A model generated the notes under the pieces. That model saw only the letters and a list, made by a program, of their open reading frames with translations. It had not been told where the DNA came from and did not search any database. A stretch of DNA of 64,000 bases from Candidatus Enteromonas sp. (lineage in GTDB: Bacteria > Bacillota_I > Bacilli_A > RFN20 > CAG-826): the NCBI GenBank assembly GCA_034171505.1, contig JAXFGC010000004.1:15269-79268 (forward strand), given 5' to 3'. Below are positions 59,199 to 64,000 of this stretch, in pieces (position 1 is the stretch's first letter; the number at the start of each line of letters is the position of its first letter). Position numbers and translations under genes: made by a program.

Positions 59199-59738
59199 TT
59201 AGTAATTCTTGACGGAAAGTTCGAAGTAGCTTTGCGGATGGTTGCAAACCGGGCAAACCTTCGGGGCGTATTTGCCGACGACGATGTGTCCGCAGTTGCG
59301 GCATTTCCAGACCGCGAGGTCATCTCCGACGAAGACGACTCCGCCTTTGACGTTGTCGAGGAGTTTGCGGTAGCGTTCTTCGTGGTGTTTTTCGATGGCG
59401 GCGACCATGCGGAACTTCATGGCGATTTCCTTGAAGCCTTCTTCTTCGGCGATCTTGGCGAACTCGTCGTACATTTCGGTCCACTCATAGTTTTCCCCAT
59501 CGGCGGCGGCCGCGAGGTTGGTCATCGTGTCGTGGATTTCGCCACCTTCAAGGTATTTAAACCAAAGTTTGGCGTGTTCTTTTTCGTTCTCGGCGGTTTC
59601 AAGGAAGATGGCAGCGATTTGTTCGTAACCCTCCTTCTTGGCCTTGGACGCAAAGTAGGTGTATTTGTTGCGGGCTTGGGATTCACCAGCGAAGGCCGCC
59701 TGCAGGCACTTCTCGGTTCTGGAACCTTTTAATTCCAT
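59199..59738 (-). CDS. rbr: Rubrerythrin
   Basis: Di-iron ferritin-like E..E..H motifs and a C-terminal rubredoxin-like C-x-x-C ... C-x-x-C (CRNCG..CPVCN). Confidence 0.9.
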   Translation of the reverse strand: MELKGSRTEKCLQAAFAGESQARNKYTYFASKAKKEGYEQIAAIFLETAENEKEHAKLWFKYLEGGEIHDTMTNLAAAADGENYEWTEMYDEFAKIAEEEGFKEIAMKFRMVAAIEKHHEERYRKLLDNVKGGVVFVGDDLAVWKCRNCGHIVVGKYAPKVCPVCNHPQSYFELSVKNY

Positions 59739-59907
59739 TTGAAATCCTCCTTGGAATTTATATCAATTTTACTTGTCCTTTTCATTCTTGAAAAGGGGCA
59801 TGAAGGTAAAAAGCACACAAAAGTTAATGAATCTTTATTTCAAATTACATTCCGGTGAACCAAATTGCTTTCCGCAAAGAATTGACAAACGCAAAGAAAG
59901 GTCCACA

Positions 59908-60822
59908 ATGTCGGGTATGAAACTTCGTTTGCCTTCCGCTCTTCCCCTCTTCTGTTTCCTCCTTGCTTCGTGTGGGGAAACGCCGGTTATTCCCTCTTCG
60001 GACATTCAAAGCGAAGAGTCTATATCCGAAGAATCACCGGAAGTCATTTCCACTCTTCCTTCCGAATCGAGCGATAGTCTCGAAAGCGAAGTCACAAAAG
60101 GAAATACGCCCGAAGAAATCGAAGCTATTCTGTCTAGCATTACTTCGTTCAACCAAGAGATTGCCGCTTACGAAGGAACGGTTCAATCGACCTCCTATTC
60201 CTCAAAAACCGTCACTTCCTTTGGGGCGATTGACGGGGATCCGATCGTCATTGAAGGCATTGTCACGGGCGAAACCAAACGTTGCTACCTCGGCTCCACG
60301 AAAATTTTATGGACATTCGGAAGCGAAAATATCGAAGGGGACGTCCGCGCCTTTGAAACCCAACGCTTCATCGATGGGAACTACTTATATGAGCTCAAAC
60401 GATATGAAGACGGAGAAGGGGCAAAGGATTCGGAGTTCTATAACTCTTTATCCAAGAAGGATTACTTCAACCTCTCCTTCTCCTATCAAATCGCGGAACT
60501 CTTGACAAGTTTTAGCGCCTACGTCGGGGCGGAAAGCAGCCTCTCCACGATAACCGCGCCGGAAATCGATGGAGACGGAGATTATTCCCTCCTCTTTGAT
60601 TGGACATTATTCAATCAGGACATCATCGACCAAAAAATCGCATACGAAATCACGTTCTCGATTGCTAACTCGGTCGTTACCTCCTCCAAGGAAAGCGTGA
60701 ACAACGTCTTATACTTATTGGGAGAGCCTCACCAAAGCCTTTCCAGCGAGATCTCCAAAACCTACGTCCAAGGGGATCCCCTTCCGTTTACCGGAACCCT
60801 CTTCAACCCTCGGGAATTCTAA
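59908..60822 (+). CDS. Lipoprotein, unknown function
   Basis: MSGMKLRLPSALPLFCFLLASCGE. The track ORF starts upstream in a non-coding leader. Confidence 0.65.
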   Translation: MSGMKLRLPSALPLFCFLLASCGETPVIPSSDIQSEESISEESPEVISTLPSESSDSLESEVTKGNTPEEIEAILSSITSFNQEIAAYEGTVQSTSYSSKTVTSFGAIDGDPIVIEGIVTGETKRCYLGSTKILWTFGSENIEGDVRAFETQRFIDGNYLYELKRYEDGEGAKDSEFYNSLSKKDYFNLSFSYQIAELLTSFSAYVGAESSLSTITAPEIDGDGDYSLLFDWTLFNQDIIDQKIAYEITFSIANSVVTSSKESVNNVLYLLGEPHQSLSSEISKTYVQGDPLPFTGTLFNPREF

Positions 60823-60875
60823 AAAGAGGCGAGAACGGTACCCGAATTTGAAGGATTGATACAAAAAGAAGAGGT

Positions 60876-61670
60876 CTATTTCGCCTCTTCTTTTTTCTTC
60901 GGTAGATAACGGATGTATTCTACGTTTTCGTCTTCGCAAGACTTATCGAGCATGTACTCGTAGACCGCCTCGCGAAGCGCGTCTTTCCTCGCTGCTAACG
61001 GGAGGTCCATCTTGGGATAAATCGGTTTCCCCACATGGACGGTCATTAAGGGAGAAGCGTTTTTGAAGATCTTCCGTTGACGGTAGGTGACGCAGAAAGG
61101 GACAACGGGCACCCCCATTTCGGCGGGATAGACGAACGAGGCGTTTCCAAAGGGGCGGATCCGGGTGTAGTACGGCCAGATATGGGCTTCGGGGTAAATC
61201 ACGATCCCGTGTTTTTTCTTCACGTGATAACGGATCGCCTCCACGAACTTTTTATGCTCTTCCGGGGTTTCGGGGACAGGGACGCATCCAAGCAAGGAAA
61301 CGAGGTAACGGATTCCGGGGATGGAGGTCGCGTCTTGATTGGCGATGATCGCGCATTTCTTCGCCGTCATCGTGGTTTGGACGAGCCAAGCATCCGCAAT
61401 TTGGGTGTGGTTCCCGTAAAAGAAAACCGGCTTATGGCGGAGGGACTTTAGGTTCTTCTTCCCTTTGACGATGACCCCTTTTGAGATTTTGCCCACGATC
61501 CAAAGGATGGGGAGGGCAATGAGACGATAAACCAAAAAAGAAAGGATCCCCGAAATCGGATCCTTGTGAACGAATTTAAAGTTCTCCGGAAGCGGTTTAT
61601 GGCGGATGCCGTTGTTGGCGAAATCATCGCGAAGCAAATCTTCGTAATAGACGGTTTTCTTGATTTTCAT
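60876..61670 (-). CDS. Lysophospholipid acyltransferase (PlsC-like)
   Basis: NHxxxxD motif (..FFYGNHTQIADAW..) and ..IYPEAH... Confidence 0.75.
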   Translation of the reverse strand: MKIKKTVYYEDLLRDDFANNGIRHKPLPENFKFVHKDPISGILSFLVYRLIALPILWIVGKISKGVIVKGKKNLKSLRHKPVFFYGNHTQIADAWLVQTTMTAKKCAIIANQDATSIPGIRYLVSLLGCVPVPETPEEHKKFVEAIRYHVKKKHGIVIYPEAHIWPYYTRIRPFGNASFVYPAEMGVPVVPFCVTYRQRKIFKNASPLMTVHVGKPIYPKMDLPLAARKDALREAVYEYMLDKSCEDENVEYIRYLPKKKEEAK

Positions 61671-61674
61671 AGAA

Positions 61675-62823
61675 TCAGCGTTTCCGCGGGTGGAGGGAAG
61701 CGACTTCGATTAACATGTCTTCGGTTTTCTGCATGCAGGTATCGAAATCAAATTCTTTGGCAAAGTCGACGTAACGTTTTCCGTTTTCCTTGGCTTCTTC
61801 GGGGTGTTCGATCCAATAATCGATCTTTTGGGCGAGGTCGGTGGGGTTCTTTTCCTTGAAGAGGTTCCGTTCGGGATCGAGGGCGAAGGTCGAAATGGCC
61901 GCGCGGGGGGAATCCGAAAGGATGGGGGTGATGCCACAGGAGAGGCCTTCTAAACAAGAGATGGCTTCGAGGTCGATGATCGAAGGATGGACGTAGATGT
62001 CCGCGCAGTTATAAATCTTGACCATTTCTTCGTGGGGGTGGAATCCGAATACGGGTTGATTCTTCCACTTCTTGGTCATTCGGCGGAGTTTCTTTTCTAG
62101 CGGCCCGGATCCGGCGAGGACAAGCTGGATGCGGTCCTTGTACTTGCTCTTGTTGATCGCGCGGATTAACGTCGGTTGGTCCTTTTCTTTGCTGTAACGG
62201 GCGGAGCAAAGGATGACGATTTTATCCTTCCAGGCATCGGGCTTTTCCACGTCCATCGGATGGAATTCGGGTTTGACCCCATTGGAGATGACGTAGCAAG
62301 GGACCGTATTGCCCGTGACCTTTTGGAACAAGTCGCGGATGAAGGCGGTCGGGAAGTGGATGGCGTCCACGCGGGAATACATGTGTTTGTTTAAGAAGCG
62401 ATACACGAAGGCGTTCGCGCGTTTGGCCCCCATAAGGCCCACGTGGTTGGTGAAATTCTCCGCCTGGGCGTTGAATCCCGTCGTGACGGGGATGCCGAGT
62501 TCACGGCAAATGTCGATGGCCTTCACGCCCAAAAAGCAGGGGAAGTTCATGTGGACGATATCCGTCCCTTCGATGGCCTTGCGGAGGGTTTCCACGTCCC
62601 CCGCGGCGATATGGACGCCGTTCTTGCGGACGTAACCGTTTAAGGGTCCAAAGGAAATCGCGCGGCAAATGTAGTAACCGGGCAAACCTTCCTTGTCTTC
62701 GTCGGGGCAAACGACGCGAACTTCGTGTCCATCCTGTTTCATTTTGCGGATGACATTCATCGTGGCGATCGTCGTTCCGTTGTTCTCCTCACCGAGAACA
62801 TCGCATACAAAGGTGATAACCAT
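61675..62823 (-). CDS. GT4 glycosyltransferase resembling diacylglycerol glucosyltransferase (glycolipid synthase)
   Basis: N-terminal MVITFVCDVLGEENNGTTIATMNVIRKM.. and the C-terminal GT4 fold. Only 4 bp from the acyltransferase gene. Confidence 0.7.
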   Translation of the reverse strand: MVITFVCDVLGEENNGTTIATMNVIRKMKQDGHEVRVVCPDEDKEGLPGYYICRAISFGPLNGYVRKNGVHIAAGDVETLRKAIEGTDIVHMNFPCFLGVKAIDICRELGIPVTTGFNAQAENFTNHVGLMGAKRANAFVYRFLNKHMYSRVDAIHFPTAFIRDLFQKVTGNTVPCYVISNGVKPEFHPMDVEKPDAWKDKIVILCSARYSKEKDQPTLIRAINKSKYKDRIQLVLAGSGPLEKKLRRMTKKWKNQPVFGFHPHEEMVKIYNCADIYVHPSIIDLEAISCLEGLSCGITPILSDSPRAAISTFALDPERNLFKEKNPTDLAQKIDYWIEHPEEAKENGKRYVDFAKEFDFDTCMQKTEDMLIEVASLHPRKR

Positions 62824-62963
62824 ACGGCTATATCGTATGCAAAGAAAACTAGTTCGGCAAGCAACCCGATTTTGCTAGGCTCTCTATGATTCATAGAACG
62901 CGAATTCCCCTTTCCATTCGTCAAAAAAATAGAGGGGGCGTCTATGGATCTTCGTCATAGAAT

Positions 62964-63671
62964 TCACTTTTTGTCGACTTTGGGCAAAACGATGAATTCG
63001 GGCTTGTCGAGTATCACTTTGGTGTTGCTTCGGACCCCTTCGGTGAGGAAGACGTTCCCTCCGATGGTCACGTTATCCCCCACATCAATCGGGCCAAGGA
63101 TGGAGGCGTTCGCGTAAATCGTGACGTTGTTCCCCACGCTTGGGTGGCGTTTCATTCCCTTCATTTGGGAACCTTTCGATAAGCTTAAGGCGCCCAAAGT
63201 CACCCCTTGGTAAATCTTGACGTTCTTCCCGATTTGGGTGGTTTCCCCAATCACGATGCCCGTTCCGTGGTCGATGAAGAACGGGGCCAGGATATTCGCG
63301 CCTGGATGGATGTCGATCCCCGTCTTTTCGTGGGCAATCTCCGAAATCATCCGGGAGGGGAGCAAGTATCCGAGATTCCGTAATAAGTGGGCGAACCGGT
63401 AATAGGAAATCGCGCGGTATCCCGGATAACAGGCGACCACTTCTTCCTTGCTATCGACCGCGGGATCGCTTGCCAAGAAAAAGTCCAAATCCAAAAGGAG
63501 TTCTTGTTTTACGTTTTGGATGCCTTCCATGAATTCATCGACACGTTCTGTTCCAAACGAATCGATAAAGGCACTCCGGAGTTCCTCTTCGCTCACTTCC
63601 CCGTAATAGCAAAACCCTTCTATGACCGAGAGGAAGGAAAGAAGGCAAGGGAGGCAAACGCGCTTCACCAT
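62964..63671 (-). CDS. cysE: Serine O-acetyltransferase
   Basis: SAT N-terminal domain plus left-handed beta-helix hexapeptide repeats (..GIDIHPGANI..GTGIVIGETTQIGKNVKIYQGVTLG..). Start at ATG 63671 (MVKRV) is preferred. Confidence 0.85.
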   Translation of the reverse strand: MVKRVCLPCLLSFLSVIEGFCYYGEVSEEELRSAFIDSFGTERVDEFMEGIQNVKQELLLDLDFFLASDPAVDSKEEVVACYPGYRAISYYRFAHLLRNLGYLLPSRMISEIAHEKTGIDIHPGANILAPFFIDHGTGIVIGETTQIGKNVKIYQGVTLGALSLSKGSQMKGMKRHPSVGNNVTIYANASILGPIDVGDNVTIGGNVFLTEGVRSNTKVILDKPEFIVLPKVDKK

Positions 63672-64000
63672 TCGTAACGATCCTCCGAGTCGGGGAAAAC
63701 GACCACCGCGACGGCTTTGTGGATGTCGTTTTCCTTGAGGTAAGAGAGGCATCCCGCCATCGCCGCGCCGGAAGAGATGCCGTTATGGAATCCGTGTTTG
63801 TTGAGATACCGTGCCATCTTTATCGCATCTTCCCCCGCGACATCCACGATATCCTTGATGAGTTCACGGTCAAGAATCGAGGGGATGAAGTTCGCCCCAA
63901 GCCCTTGGATGAGATGGGGCCCAGCCACCCCTTGGGTCAGCAAGGGGCTTTCCTTGGGTTCAATGCCGATCACGTCCACGACGCGTTTTTCAAAGAATTT
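63665..64000 (-). CDS. cysK: Cysteine synthase, C-terminal part (gene continues beyond the window)
   Basis: ..GISSGAAMAGCLSYLKENDIHKAVAVVVFPDSEDRY.. is the PLP-enzyme C-terminus. Overlaps the cysE start. Confidence 0.8.
   Translation of the reverse strand, partial: KFFEKRVVDVIGIEPKESPLLTQGVAGPHLIQGLGANFIPSILDRELIKDIVDVAGEDAIKMARYLNKHGFHNGISSGAAMAGCLSYLKENDIHKAVAVVVFPDSEDRYEW

Noticed and set aside
62824-62963. Two hairpins (tctatga-t-tcataga and tctatg-gatcttcg-tcataga) between cysE and the GT4 gene, considered as a T-box or riboswitch
   Set aside because: They lie downstream of cysE, not in its leader. More likely they are terminator or spacer hairpins. No T-box specifier or antiterminator elements were seen.
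1-64000. CRISPR arrays, rRNA genes, integrase or recombinase genes
   Set aside because: No regularly spaced short repeats with unique spacers, no rRNA-like conserved blocks, and no tyrosine or serine recombinase motifs were found.

Overview
This window reads as a Firmicutes/Mollicutes-related chromosome segment with high GC at third codon positions, using genetic code 11 (several genes end in TGA). Reasons for the lineage guess: many lipoproteins with L-x-x-C lipoboxes, OppD/OppF carrying large insertions, a GT4 glycolipid-synthase-like gene, and a surface nuclease lipoprotein. Layout: (i) a housekeeping block at 1-6900: partial MFS transporter, DAGK-family lipid kinase, glycerophosphodiester phosphodiesterase, sirtuin, split TrkA plus TrkH, and a GatB/YqeY protein. 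(ii) tRNA-Trp(CCA) with a textbook promoter and terminator. (iii) An AT-richer, decayed accessory region (7.1-12.9 kb) holding small HTH genes, an ATG-less wHTH ORF that starts in a 12-bp tandem repeat, glyoxalase, DUF4143-ATPase and lipoprotein pseudogene remnants, iteron-like repeats, and one intact surface lipoprotein. (iv) A minus-strand trio: a GT4 glycosyltransferase, a DUF2075 nuclease-ATPase (Nhi-like), and a class-II Fic protein whose promoter carries duplicated palindromic operators. This is the strongest candidate for a defense/toxin island. (v) An AraC regulator, a membrane protein, and an 800-aa surface protein built of ~40-aa repeats. (vi) metK behind a terminator-containing leader (putative S-box), hpf, a Cof HAD hydrolase, unknowns, a 970-aa surface endonuclease-I lipoprotein, cls and a TetR regulator. 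(vii) A purine/pyrimidine salvage cluster: apt, NCS2 permease, upp, hpt, and a CBS-less guaB. (viii) A GC-rich foreign block in which an IS30-family transposase gene is split by an IS21-family element (istA/istB, 8-bp target duplication GCTGGCAG), preceded by two ~78-bp direct repeats. (ix) The oppABCDF operon plus a membrane protein. (x) A secreted block: M6 metalloprotease lipoprotein and three further lipoproteins, rubrerythrin, an acyltransferase with a GT4 glycolipid synthase, and cysE/cysK. No CRISPR array and no rRNA were seen. All calls are from reading the sequence and the ORF track; no database search was run.
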